Shown piece by piece: positions 1 through 11,191 of a stretch of DNA of 36,630 nucleotides. This DNA comes from Coniocarpon cinnabarinum (Eukaryota). Location of the stretch: positions 186,001 through 222,630 of the forward strand of contig JAVECO010000011.1 in assembly GCA_051942205.1 (NCBI GenBank). Reading direction: 5' to 3'. How positions within the stretch are numbered: the first letter of the stretch is position 1; each line of letters starts with the position of its first letter. A program made the position numbers and the translations under genes. The notes below the pieces were generated by a model. The model saw only the letters and a program-made list of their open reading frames with translations, searched no databases and was not told where the DNA came from.

Positions 1-592
1 CTGAGGTCTGTTCTTGTTCGAGTAAAGACTTGAAACGCAAGGCATCCTCTTCTTGCGAGCGAAATTTCCTTTGACTGGCATCAAGACGTCGGCGTAGCTC
101 TGCATTGGCTTCTTTCATCTCGTCACGCTCCTTTGCGACGGCTTCCAAAGCTGCGAGCGTGCCATCCTCTTGCAATTGCAGATCTCGCTTCAGCGCTCTG
201 AAATCTTTTCCTTGTCGTCGCAAATTGCTCTGCAATGCGTCATTCTCGGCACGAGCGCCAGCCAGATTTGCTTCCAGATCTTCAATGCAGTCCCTCTTTC
301 CATCCATTTCCCTCCGCAGATTGAGGATCTCCGAAACGAGAGAAGCATGTAAAGTTGGCGTGATTTGGTCGGGGTCATATTGGGCATCTGCACGCTGACT
401 CTGCCGCTTGAGCGCATTTTGGATAGATGAAGTTGAGTTTGTCAGGGGCGTGGTAGGTGTGGTCGTGCCAAACGAAGACATGCGGGGACTGGATACTCGT
501 GGGGTTTCATACGGGGTGTCAGTCGGTGAAGGGAGAGGGCGCTCGACCGAGACAGAACGCCGGTGGAAGTATCCAGTCTGCATGGTGGCCAT
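1..592 (-). CDS. Coiled-coil protein, 5' part only (runs off the window start); resembles the ApsA/Num1-like nuclear migration protein paralogue family
   Basis: Not in the ORF track because it has no stop in the window. Open minus frame from ATG 592: MATMQTGYFHRRSVSVERPLPSP...YDPDQITPTLHASLVSEILNLRREMDGKRDCIEDLEANLAGARAENDALQSNLRRQGKDFRALKRDLQLQEDGTLAALEAVAKERDEMKEANAELRRRL. Heptad-like coiled coil. I recall the ITPTLHASLVSEILNLRR motif from fungal ApsA-like (Mcp5_PH) proteins; the family call is unverified. Confidence 0.7.
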   Translation of the reverse strand, partial: MATMQTGYFHRRSVSVERPLPSPTDTPYETPRVSSPRMSSFGTTTPTTPLTNSTSSIQNALKRQSQRADAQYDPDQITPTLHASLVSEILNLRREMDGKRDCIEDLEANLAGARAENDALQSNLRRQGKDFRALKRDLQLQEDGTLAALEAVAKERDEMKEANAELRRRLDASQRKFRSQEEDALRFKSLLEQEQTS

Positions 593-2138
593 TGACGTTG
601 GACGGAGTGGAGGATCGGGCTAGAATGACTGCTTTGGAACTGTTACACACCGTCCCATTGCTCGAGCCTTGCGATAGACCCTAGCAAAAGAAAGCAATCT
701 TCTTTCAGGTACAGACGCGTTTTCAGTATTCTTGCGGGGGCGTGCTCGTTCGACACAGCTGGTCCAACTTCTGATCGTGTTTCAAGATGAGTGGGACGTG
801 GAACCGGATTGATGTTCAGCCCGACGCGTGGGGGTTCGACCGGCGTCAGCAAAGCATCAAGGATACACGTGTGGACAGGAAGGCTCGTGGTGAAGCAACC
901 GAGCCTTGAGCGGCACTATTGATGTGATGGGGTTGGGGGTTGGGGGGGTTCTACAGGGAGAGGTGCAAAGCTTTCAAGAGGGCAAGTTGCGAGATGTGAC
1001 GGAAAAGACAGGCTGCAGATCGCAAGCAAATGCGCTGCACGTCAAAGCTGGAGGGCACGAGGAATGCAGAGAAGGAGAATAGGAGAGCGGAGCAGCATCT
1101 GAGCACGCATGGTGCTGGTGATGGGCGATGGATCCAGAACGGATGGAGGAGAGTGTGACCTGCTGGAGGTGGCCCGTGAAGGACCTAACGTCCGAGGCAG
1201 CATAGCGCGGGGGGGAGGCACGAGACGGCGATTGACGGCCACAGCAGGACCGGATGGCAAGAGCGGCGTGGTTCAGGGCTAGCGAAGATCTCATGTCTGT
1301 CTTTGATTGCCAGGACGTGATGTGTATGGCCGGGGAAGTGAAGCGAGAGAAGAGGCACAGAGACCGGCAAGTTCCCATGGCAGGGGAGAGACACGGCGAG
1401 CCAAGCACCAGGAGACGCTAGTCCTCAAAGGGGCAAGGGCCTTATTGACTGTAGAGCCGCCGGGCCTGGGACAGAGAGAGGACGAAAAAGCGCGGCGGGG
1501 GACGAATGAGAAGAAAGCGTGCAAGAGGCGTGTTTCAGGGGCCTGCCCGGTGCCCCCGATTCAGTCGCCGCCAGCGTGCCAGCCAAGCGCCTGTGCCATT
1601 TCCGGTCTGACGCCACACACGCCTGCTAACGGGGCACCTCTTACTCTCTTCCGTCCTTCGCCGCATCACGAGTGAACAACAACACCAACATCAACGCTCA
1701 TGCCCTCGCGCCCCACACCCTGCACCTCCCCCCAAAAACCCTCCGATCAGCCATGCATGCATATGCGCGGAGCTGTCTGCAGGGTTCTCGTGCATGCTTC
1801 CCACTCCCACGACCCACCGCACTGGCAGGCTCGCAGCTACCTCGCTACAAATAGCGCGTATCAACCTCACTCTCTTTCTTCTGGTCCTCACGCCCGCCAG
1901 CACACCGGCCACGACACGGCCGTGAAATGAACGCCACGCTAATCTCACTCGTCGCGACTCATGAACAGCGCTCCACGCTCCGCACGCCCGCGGACGCCCT
2001 CCTCCGTACCCTGGCCGTCAGTATCCCCCTCTGTCGTTTCCGCGGCCAAGGCTGCCCTCTGATGCTGGACCACGCCTCCCACCAGGGACAGTACGATTGC
2101 TCAACCCGGTCATCCCTGTGCTCTCATCCATGTACCTC

Positions 2139-3098
2139 TCACTCACTTCGGTCACCCAGCGAGCCTCTCGCCCACTCATACACATTCCACTGCACGCCAT
2201 TCACGATAAACGCTCGCAGACAGCACACCCCTACCCCGCGCCAGAACGCGCGCAGCCCTTCGTGCCGGTACGTGTCTCTCGTTATAGACAGTGCGCCACG
2301 ACGTCGTGATTGCGACCCTGGACTTCTTGGAATTGATTTCGTCGATGACTCCTTTTCCGCACCGAATGCAGTCGCTTCTGTCTGCACCCGCGTCTTGATC
2401 ACGTCCAGTGGGAATATGCTTATCCAGGTGGCCACACCAGCCAGCCCTCCACAGAGCAACACTCGGGTCGCATCCTGGGTGCGCTGGCTTCCTCGCGCGG
2501 TAGGACTGTGCGTCAAGGTGGCATTCCATCGCTCAGTACAACCTTCGTATGTTGCAAACCAGAATCCGTATCCGATGGCATCCCGCCAGCTCGTCACCAC
2601 ACCTCCAAGAAACAACCCACGAATGCCGTGATGCTTGAATGTCTCTGCTGCAATGGAAAAAGAAGACTTGCTTTTGTGTGCTTCAATCGGGTGACTTGCC
2701 CGCTCTGGCTGCTCGGTCTGCGCTCGACATTTGATATACTCGGTTGGTGCCGAGATGACGAAGGTTGCAAAACCAGCTATGGCTCCAGCACAGAAATGAC
2801 TGTAGAGTGGATATTGAATGTCCGCATCTAAGTCGTCGTCACTCGTAGGCGTCCGTTGCGGTAAGAAAGCAAGTGCATGATTATATGTAGTAAACAACAA
2901 CGCGTTCAACACCCCATAGGTCAAGACTGGGGCTGGAAGTCCTGATGCAAGCGTTTTTACTGACGATGCGGTGGGGCCAACACTGAGAGTGCTCCTGGCT
3001 GATGCAGCTTGAAGTCGCACTTTGATCAAGTCCAGGGGATTGCCGACAATGATGGAAGCTGCTCCGCTCAGGTAGCCAGCCCAGAATTCGTTAGACAT
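2139..3098 (-). CDS. Mitochondrial carrier family (SLC25) protein, carnitine/amino-acid carrier-like
   Basis: Single-exon 319 aa ORF with three Px[DE]xx[KR]xRxQ signatures (PLDLIKVRLQ, PTEYIKCRAQ, PLDVIKTRVQ), plus HHGIRGLFLG and HEGLRAFWRG motifs. Confidence 0.95.
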   Translation of the reverse strand: MSNEFWAGYLSGAASIIVGNPLDLIKVRLQAASARSTLSVGPTASSVKTLASGLPAPVLTYGVLNALLFTTYNHALAFLPQRTPTSDDDLDADIQYPLYSHFCAGAIAGFATFVISAPTEYIKCRAQTEQPERASHPIEAHKSKSSFSIAAETFKHHGIRGLFLGGVVTSWRDAIGYGFWFATYEGCTERWNATLTHSPTARGSQRTQDATRVLLCGGLAGVATWISIFPLDVIKTRVQTEATAFGAEKESSTKSIPRSPGSQSRRRGALSITRDTYRHEGLRAFWRGVGVCCLRAFIVNGVQWNVYEWARGSLGDRSE

Positions 3099-3348
3099 GC
3101 ATTGAGCACTGTGCTTAGTTAATCGCTACTGAGTTGGTTTCTGAATCTGCATCGAGCCCACGAGTGAAAGGTAAGAAGCGGTCTACCGTGCACATATGTA
3201 AATAGTGTTCGGAAGCTTCCTGACAGCCCCACTGTAAGGTACAAAGCTCCGGATGACGTCTCGCATTTCTGAATTTCCTCTCTAAATCGAACGGGTTTGA
3301 AAACTTTATGCTTGCCAGAGATCGTTAATCACCACCTTAGATAACACA

Positions 3349-4256
3349 ATGCGCGCTTCAGTCTTCGCTGCTGGCAACACCGCCCTGATCACAGGTGGCG
3401 CGTCAGGTGTTGGACTAGCAGTCGCACAGCTTTGCCGGAAACATGGCATGAAACTCGCAATAGTCGACAACAATGCAGAAACATTGGGCATGGCGAAGCA
3501 GACGCTGGGCACAGAACAGCCGACAGAGACTTATCAAGTCGACGTGTCCGATCAAAGTCAATGGCCGCCCTTGAAGGAGAAGGTACAGAAAACTCTTGGT
3601 GGTGTCGACTTGTTGATGTTAAATGCGGGCATGCAAATCAAGGGCGGCTGGGAGAACTCTGCCTATTTTGAGAAGGTGTGTAGTGCGAGTCCGTGAAGTC
3701 GACGGAGAGTGCTTTGGCTTACCTCGTCTCGCAACAGATCCTCGGCACAAATCTCTTTGGCGTGATATATGGCATAAACACATTTCTACCACTCATTCAA
3801 TCTCAGCAATCGCAGAAACCTTCAGCAATCGTCATTACAGGTAGCAAACAAGGAATTACCAATCCGCCGGGTAACCCGGCTTACAATTCTTCGAAAGCAG
3901 CAGTCAAATCTATAGCGGAGCAACTCAGCTACGAAATGCGCGGTAGCAACACTGGCGTCCATCTCTGTGTCCCTGGCTGGACGTATACAGGTCTCTCTGG
4001 CGGAGGGCCACAGCCAAGCAGCCAGAAGAAAGACGGTCAGTGGTATCCCGAGCAAGTCGCTGACTATCTGAAAGAGAAGATGGACGCTGGAAAGTTCTGG
4101 GCTATTTGTCCTGACAACGATGTGACCGAGAACAAAGATCGGAGGCGGATGCTATGGACCGCCGGTGATGCTGTCTACAACCGCTTGCCCTTGTCCAGAT
4201 GGCGTGAGGAATACAAGGATGAGGCTGAGAAAGATATGGCGGCAATGAAGGTATAG
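3349..4256 (+). CDS. Short-chain dehydrogenase/reductase (SDR)
   Basis: Exons 3349-3675 and 3738-4256, intron 3676-3737 (GT..CAG, phase 0), 281 aa. Motifs TGGASGVG (Rossmann), LNAG and catalytic YNSSK. Confidence 0.95.
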
Positions 4257-4510
4257 CGGATCATAGTGCAACGGAATCCCGGCCATGAATGCCACCGAAC
4301 CTTGCAGATATCCTCTGCGTCTGTTCGGTTTTCCATTCGTACGGGACGTGCGAGGGCAGATGACATTTTGATACCCTGTCCAAATGTCAAATGAGGCTCG
4401 CCCAAAACTGCCGGTCTTGCAAGCCTTCGTGAAAAATATCCTCTCCAGGAATTCTCTACCTAGACTGTCAATGTGGCTTTCAGTCTTTCGCCGAAGACCT
4501 GTACGGGAAA

Positions 4511-5563
4511 ATGGACACGGATATCTCGCTTCCTGAACTCCTTAACAGATTGCGAAGCTCTACAGAGCTTGCGTCTTCTGCACTTCCGCCAGAAGAATCA
4601 ATCCACGAACCCGACAATGGTATTTCTCTGCTGAATACCAAAAACGAGCTGTTTCTGTCATACCTTCAAAGCCTCGTCTTCCTCATCATATTGAAGCTCA
4701 ACCGATATTCTAGCAGAGATAACGCGTCGAGCGGACCAAGTCCCGGACTTGATGATGCGACTGTAAAACAGCTTGCCGAGCTCAAACTGTACTTGGAGAA
4801 AGGCGCGCGGCCCATAGAAAGCCGCTTACAGTATGAGATCGACAAAGTCACTAGAGTGGCGGATGCAACAAAACCGGGCGCAAAAGCGAGCGGAAAGAAA
4901 GACAGGTCTGGCAGTGGCACACGTGCTCAGAAGAAATCCCACCAACGAAGGGCGAGCGATGCGAGCGCCTCCTCCGTCTCATCTGAGGGAAGCTCACACG
5001 CTTCAGGGTCTGAGAAAGCAAGCGACGCATCGGACTCTGACGAGACAGACGAACAGGTAACGAGACCAAATCTGGCTGGCATGGCCGAACAGATGCGCAA
5101 GAGCACACACGAAGACAGATCCAAGCAAGCGGGCAAGAAGCCAGGCGTCTATCGTCCTCCTCGGGTCAATCCAACCTCCTTGCCAACGACTGATACAATC
5201 AATGATTCCGCACGAAGCGAGCGCCGTAGCCGTCCAGTGCGTTCTGCCGCCGTCGATGACTACATTTCTACCGAGCTTGGCGACAACCCCGCTGCTGAGC
5301 CTTCGATCGGTTCAACCATCATTGCTGGCGGTCGAAGAAACGTATCTGACCGCGAGCGACGCAAAGAAGATGAGATACGGCGATACGAGGAGTCGAACTT
5401 TATCAGATTACCAGGCGAGAGCAAGAAGGATCGACAGAAGCGCAAGAGAACAGCAAGGGGACCTGGTGGCTTTGGCGCGAACGAATTTGGCTTGAACAGT
5501 CTGAGCGAAATGGGCGACAGAGTCGGAAGGGCAATGAGTGGAGCAAAGAAAAGAAGAAGATAG
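4511..5563 (+). CDS. LCP5: U3 snoRNP / SSU processome protein Lcp5 (Sas10/Utp3/C1D family, neuroguidin orthologue)
   Basis: Single-exon 350 aa. Motifs GISLLNTKNELFLSYL, LYLEKGARPIESRLQYEIDK, GVYRPPRVNP and YEESNFIRLP, with a basic C-terminal NLS-like KKRRR. Confidence 0.88.
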   Translation: MDTDISLPELLNRLRSSTELASSALPPEESIHEPDNGISLLNTKNELFLSYLQSLVFLIILKLNRYSSRDNASSGPSPGLDDATVKQLAELKLYLEKGARPIESRLQYEIDKVTRVADATKPGAKASGKKDRSGSGTRAQKKSHQRRASDASASSVSSEGSSHASGSEKASDASDSDETDEQVTRPNLAGMAEQMRKSTHEDRSKQAGKKPGVYRPPRVNPTSLPTTDTINDSARSERRSRPVRSAAVDDYISTELGDNPAAEPSIGSTIIAGGRRNVSDRERRKEDEIRRYEESNFIRLPGESKKDRQKRKRTARGPGGFGANEFGLNSLSEMGDRVGRAMSGAKKRRR

Positions 5564-6577
5564 TGGCTTGACATCTACTCAAGATGGCTGGGTCGAGCCA
5601 TGTCCGTCCTGCCAGTGGCCTGTTAGCGACATGTGCGTGCAGTCAATGCACAAGAAGATCAGATGTGTGTGCCAATCGCCAGCTTTCTTGATTGCACCAC
5701 CACGGGTTAGGCGCAGGATTCACACATATTTCCTGATCTGCAACAATCGTATCTGCACTCTATACCAGTGTACTAGAGACTGTGCTCGTTGCCGACTGAG
5801 CCAAGCCGAACTCGAGTATGGATTTCTGGAATCTCGACCCCATCCTGGACAAGCAGTAACGCTTATGGCCACACTGATGACTTGAACGATGAAAGATTGC
5901 ACCACTCTGATGGGGCATGAGAAGCTGAGCTTTGCATCGATCTCACAAGAGCATTGGAAGACGCCTCTACATGCCTGACTTGCATTGATAAGCACTATTG
6001 GAGCGGAGCGGAAACTAATTGACCCTTTGAGCCGCTCACAGAAGCCTATAACATGTCGCATCACGCCCAAGAGGACATTCTGCACGCGTGTGCCTGAGTT
6101 GACGCTTGAGGTTTCGAGCGAAGCATCATACACAGGACACACCGATGCACGCAAGACACCCAATGATCCCTCCGCTGAAGCTGGACGCACACATCAGACA
6201 AGACACTGACGTCGTAGCCGTAGCGGGCCGATAGCATAGCCCGCCCCCATCCTCGTCGCGGTTTCGCTCCCCATTTAGTAAAACGTCAGGACACCGGTCC
6301 TGCTCCTTGTCTTTTCTCGGACGCACTAGTTGACGCCCTCAACTGCAACTGGTCTGGTAGGCAGCAGAATTAGACCACATGCTGCTCATAGCCCCTCACT
6401 AGTCAGTTGCGCGACGTAAGTATCGTAGGCATTTATTTAAATACAATCGCATTCACTCTGTAAGCCGTCTCTCGTTTGTTCCGTACGTTCAAAGCAAGAG
6501 GTTCAGATCCGAGCAAGAGTTAATATCTCTTTCATTGAATTCCCTTGTCTCGTTGCGAAAGGCATTTTCGAATAACC

Positions 6578-7573
6578 ATGTCCGGACATCATCAACACCC
6601 CCGCCAACGCCTTCCCATCGCCCCTCGTCAACGATCCCAGCATCCGCCCCTCGTCACCGCTGCCATTGCCGGCGGCTCTTGGGCCTACGACAAGTATAAA
6701 ACGCGCAAACAACAACGCGCCCTTGCGTCTTCGTCGTCCAACCCGTTTCCTACTGAAGACGAAGCACGCTTCAATGCGTACACTGGCGCTGATGCACATG
6801 AATATCGGGATGCGCCAGACGCGAATGCCATGCCATATGGCAATCGCGACGAGAAGGCGACGATGCCGGATGAGTTCCGAGGCGAAGATGTCGATGCACC
6901 GCCCGCGTATGACGAAGTTGTCGGAAGCGCGCGGAATCACACCTCGAGGGACGTCGCTGGCTCCTCGTCTGAGCCCTTCCCACCACCAATACCCAACCGT
7001 TCACCCCGTCGCTCAGACCAAGAGCGCCGCGAGAAACAGGACCACCCTTTCGAATCCTCAGCACCCGTTCTGCCGAAACTGGAACGACGCGCATCCTCCG
7101 CTTCGTCGGTGTCAAGCACCTCCAGCGCCTCAAGCCTCGCCGATCTCGAAAACCTCCAGTCAACATCCACGACCGAACCCACCACGAGTAAAACCGCGAG
7201 CAAAGCCAACGCTTCCGCATTTCCTCCCTTAAATAAGAAAGCATACAAACGCAACCGCAGAATCACGCGTCGCGCCCTCAAACGCGCCGAGACCTATCCC
7301 GAAGCCGAAGGCGCCGTCTTCTGGGGCCTGTGTCGCTTCTACGGCGTGGACGGGCGTCAAGACGGCATCAACGAAAAGGGCACGAGGAGCGATGCAGAGG
7401 CGGAATTTGCCCGACGCGACATCGACAAGACTGCGGCGGTCGTGATCTGGGCGTGGGCCCGGAAATGCTGTAAAGCGCGGGTGAGCGTGGAGGATTTGAG
7501 GAGTATGCGGAATATGGAGGGGGTTTGTGGGATTATTGCCGCGAGGAGTCGGAAGGTGAGGATTGTGAGGTGA
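6578..7573 (+). CDS. Hypothetical protein: disordered Ser/Pro-rich N-terminal region with a PPAY motif, and a C-terminal ACP/PP-binding-like domain lacking the conserved Ser
   Basis: ATG 6578 in good context (aaccATG), 331 aa, with coding-like C-rich to G-rich skew. The C-terminal ~95 aa align by eye with the fungal HR-PKS ACP consensus. Confidence 0.75.
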   Translation: MSGHHQHPRQRLPIAPRQRSQHPPLVTAAIAGGSWAYDKYKTRKQQRALASSSSNPFPTEDEARFNAYTGADAHEYRDAPDANAMPYGNRDEKATMPDEFRGEDVDAPPAYDEVVGSARNHTSRDVAGSSSEPFPPPIPNRSPRRSDQERREKQDHPFESSAPVLPKLERRASSASSVSSTSSASSLADLENLQSTSTTEPTTSKTASKANASAFPPLNKKAYKRNRRITRRALKRAETYPEAEGAVFWGLCRFYGVDGRQDGINEKGTRSDAEAEFARRDIDKTAAVVIWAWARKCCKARVSVEDLRSMRNMEGVCGIIAARSRKVRIVR

Positions 7574-8836
7574 GAACGAGGCATTGGATCGTTGACTGTT
7601 CTTGGAAAGTGACTTTGGGAGGGGGCTTTGAAAGCGGTTTTGGAAGATGGGTGGGGTCGTTGGGCTATTGGGAGAGTGAACAGTGGAAGATGGAAAAGCT
7701 AGTCGGAGGCATGAGTGAAGGAAAGCAACTCATGAACTTGACATGTTTTGGAATTTGACTATGAACTTTACGAACAACGATCTGAACAGCTTTCATGCAT
7801 CAGTTAAGACACGAATACTGCTGCACTGGAGGAACGCAGTGAAATAGTAGCAGCCAGCTGCCGCATTTCACGCACAGGTTTTGACTCTCGTCTTGCGCAA
7901 GCTTTTTGCTGAATTTAAAAGGCAGGCTGATGGATGCACTCTCACTATCTTGAGACATTCAGCACTCAGCGCTGCGTAATACTCTTATTGAGATCAACAC
8001 GCGGGCACTCACGACGTGACGCGATCGAGCAGAGATCTAGGATGCCATCCTGCTCGCAATGTTGGACGCATATAAGCAATCACCATGCAGTTTGGCAATG
8101 ATCGCCAGGCTATTGACAGCCCAGAGCATGCTCATGTAGACGCGGTCTCCCGTCCGCCCACGTCAAAACTATCACTCAACAGGAGAAGACGCGGGCCCTA
8201 TTTCCCCCCCCCCTCCGTAATATGTCCATCTTCTCGCAGGCGAGCGCAGTCGAGGCGATGTAGCCTACCCACTGGGTCGAGATCTCATGCCATGCGTTCT
8301 CGGAGAAGAATACGTTGCACCACATGCGTGGCTAGGGATACGAGTCACGATACCTGCACAAGCCAGATATGGCGTGCGGGAGTGAAACATGTTCTGCACC
8401 CGACACGGGGCAATCACTGTGGTTTTCGTCGCCATTGTCACAGCCTTTCACTCAGCGAGAAGAATATCTGCAGGCGTTGTTGATGGCTGTTAATGCAGGT
8501 GATACTGTTTTTCCCACAGCCGGTTCTCGTTGTGCGTCCATAGACCTGACGATCAACATGTCAGGCCCAAGCACTCCGGGAGCAGAGCGCGTTTTTCGAT
8601 GGAAAGAGTCCTTCAGGGTGAAATCGTGTAAAGACGGGACTCGTCAACACAGTGTAGATGAGCAAGAAGGGCGCGGGTTCGGTTGCGCCCTCTCAAATGT
8701 ACCTTAATCGATCGCGTGCTAGTCATCGGAGACCGGCATGGAGCGCATCGTGTCTCAAAGTGCACATAAAATCGTTGTTAGGCGCTGAGGATGCCTCAAT
8801 AGTCCCTAAACATCTGTGACTGTACATAATGGTGTT

Positions 8837-10187
8837 CTAATAGAATTCATAGGGTAGTGCATTTCTCGTGTCCGATAAGAGCTCGACGATAATCCTCGCC
8901 ATAAGACGATGGAAGGGTTCCGTGTGATGTCGCGTGTCTCTCCAGTAAAATTCAGGGAGAGGATTCAAGCAAGCCGGATCGAAATCGATTACCTCTCTCT
9001 TATCCTCGTAGAAGTAGCAATAACCTTCGAGCCGCTGGATGCCCTTGGTTTCCTCGAAGGTCTTTGGATCGTTACGTGTCAGGATACTGGTCTTGTGATT
9101 GTTGTAGAAGAACACCGTGGCATCTTCTGCATGTTGGTGCGCGAAGAGCTGCGTCATGAATGCCAGTCTTCCGTTCAGGTCCATGAGCTCAGCGCCGAAG
9201 CGACCCAGAGCTTTGCTGATGCCGCAATTGCGCATCAGCGGCGACTCTTCTAAGCCGGGTATACCAATGATGAGAAAGTTTCTTGCACCGTGTTCGAACA
9301 GTCTTTCGAGATTTTCGAGGTACACCTGCATATTGACATCGACGTCTGTCATGTTCCGCGCAGTGTCATTGCCTCGCTGTATGAACTCAAACATGCTCTC
9401 ATCTACGCCTGCGTAGAATATGAACAACGTCTCAGTCTGCGTCCAGCCATCGTCTGACCCGGGCGCTGCGCTCTTGCCGTAGTTGTCAATGAACAGCTTC
9501 TCGATTTGATCTTCCAAACCCATTCCTTGTCCAAAGGGGTCAAGGTCTTGTATTTGGCGCGAGTTTTGCACAGTCGAACCGGGGCGCGCAAGGTTGTACG
9601 TCTTGATATCAGACTCATTGAATGTCCCAGTGAGGTGCGTGAGGAAGTTTGGACCATAACAGGAGGTCATTCCAGGGTAATTGGGATTGCCAATGGGATT
9701 CGCAGCATTGGGCTGATCGCCACTTGGATCGAAGCCCCAATCCGTATGAGAATCTCCGCTGCATGCCGGGTCAGCGATGTGTCTGCCAACTAAGTTTCGG
9801 TCGGCGTCCATACAAGGCGTATATCCTTCGAATACCATTCCAGCCAGGCCAGCTACGATGCTTCAGATCGCGAGCCTTCGCGCCACGCCCGCGGATCCGA
9901 GTGAGGCTACCTCCGGCAGCTTCATCAGAATGCGCCGAGCTTCCCAACTCCCGCCATAGCACGACAAGAGCAACGAGAAGGATCGTCCAGGTTGCATAGC
10001 GCTTCAGTGTGCGGTTGACTTTCCGACTCATCTGGAATCTCCACCGCGGCTGGCCCCATCGCGAATGGTCCTTCTCGTAATACGACGTTTGCGACGACTG
10101 GTAGGGCTGCGAGTGAGGCGAGAGCGCATATCCGGAAGCCGTGCGACGGATCGCGCCTGCCGGCGGCGTCAACATAGCTGAAGACAT
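8837..10187 (-). CDS. Type II membrane-anchored SGNH/GDSL hydrolase, carbohydrate esterase family 16-like
   Basis: Exons 10187-9814 and 9758-8837, intron 9759-9813 (GTATGG..GCTGAC..CAG), 431 aa. Splicing creates WPGWNGIRRIYAFGDSHT. Also NPIGNPNYPG, TYNLARPGSTV, GARNFLII and catalytic WRDTRH. One TM segment (WTILLVALVVLW) follows a basic cytosolic tail. Confidence 0.88.
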
Positions 10188-11191
10188 GTCCCAACGAGGA
10201 CTGCGCTGGTCAGCGCGAGAGGCTGTGAGACCGAATGTGCCCAATTATTTTGTCATACTGGCGAATGGTTTGAGCGGAATCCAGGACTCAGCGTGTTCCA
10301 TGTGCAGTCATGCTTAGACTCGGTTCATAGCGCAGCCGGGACGCATGGTACCCAACAACGGCTCCAGAAAAATCAGAACACGTGTGCGCAAGTCGCACAT
10401 TGCAAGACGCAGCCTTGAGAACAGTGAGAAGTAGGTAGACTCAATGCAAGCTCCGAGGATGCAACGCCGTATTGGAGCTTTCACGTGCCTCGGAATCTGC
10501 CGTGTCGTGGCACTGCAGACAGATCGCCACTGCTTGCCACCAGAATATGTGCCAGATACTGCCTCTTCGAAAGAAGGATCTTGTTTATTCAAATTTATGG
10601 AATGCTCAGGGTCTTATTCATAGAGAGCTCGCTACCACGGCATCTGCGTTGACACCCCCAGTATTGCTACTAACCGTTGCTTTGTTACCTCGAACCGCTG
10701 CATCCTTTAACGGCTCTGAATTACAGGACCACCTCGCGGAGTCCAAACACTGACCAATCTTCTCGCCACCGCTTCACCAATTTGCAAACAGGACGCGTCT
10801 GACTTGGCTGCCTGCTGCTGCGCCCCCTTCCTTCAAACGTTCCATATTGCCACATGCCTTCCACGTGCGTCGTTGGGCGGAACAAACAGCACGATTGGAT
10901 TGGATCCAATGGCGGCCCAATCTTTCTGTGACACAATGATGCAGACCGTCAGAAACGTCATACAATCTGCCAGCGACGGCTCCAATAGCCGACCCTGGAT
11001 GTGCCATCGGTGGGGGCTATGGTTGAGGCATACTGATAAATTCTAGACTTTTGACTGCAGTCTCCTTGTAGACCACATTGTTAACCTGCACGTGTACTGA
11101 TTGAACATACTCTTGCGCGGGTTTCTGACTATTGTGTTGAAGTTGCGGCGTGCTTGAGTCCAAGGGCAGATCTTCTCAGTGAACCAAAATT

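Noticed and set aside
974..1948. Several 60-144 aa overlapping ORFs
   Set aside because: Low-complexity, S/P/R/C-rich translations typical of skewed promoter or UTR DNA; no splice-supported model.
1927..2631. 234 aa plus-strand ORF
   Set aside because: Largely an antisense shadow of the mitochondrial carrier gene, with no recognisable motifs.
4430..4440. TGAAAAATATC, RRPE-like element upstream of LCP5
   Set aside because: Imperfect match to TGAAAAWTTT and too short to support alone.
5720..6190. 156 aa minus-strand ORF
   Set aside because: Non-ATG start, no domain features and no supporting splice signals.
8085..8707. 132 aa and 112 aa plus-strand ORFs and a poly-C run
   Set aside because: Arg/Cys-rich non-coding-like translations; the C-run is a simple homopolymer.
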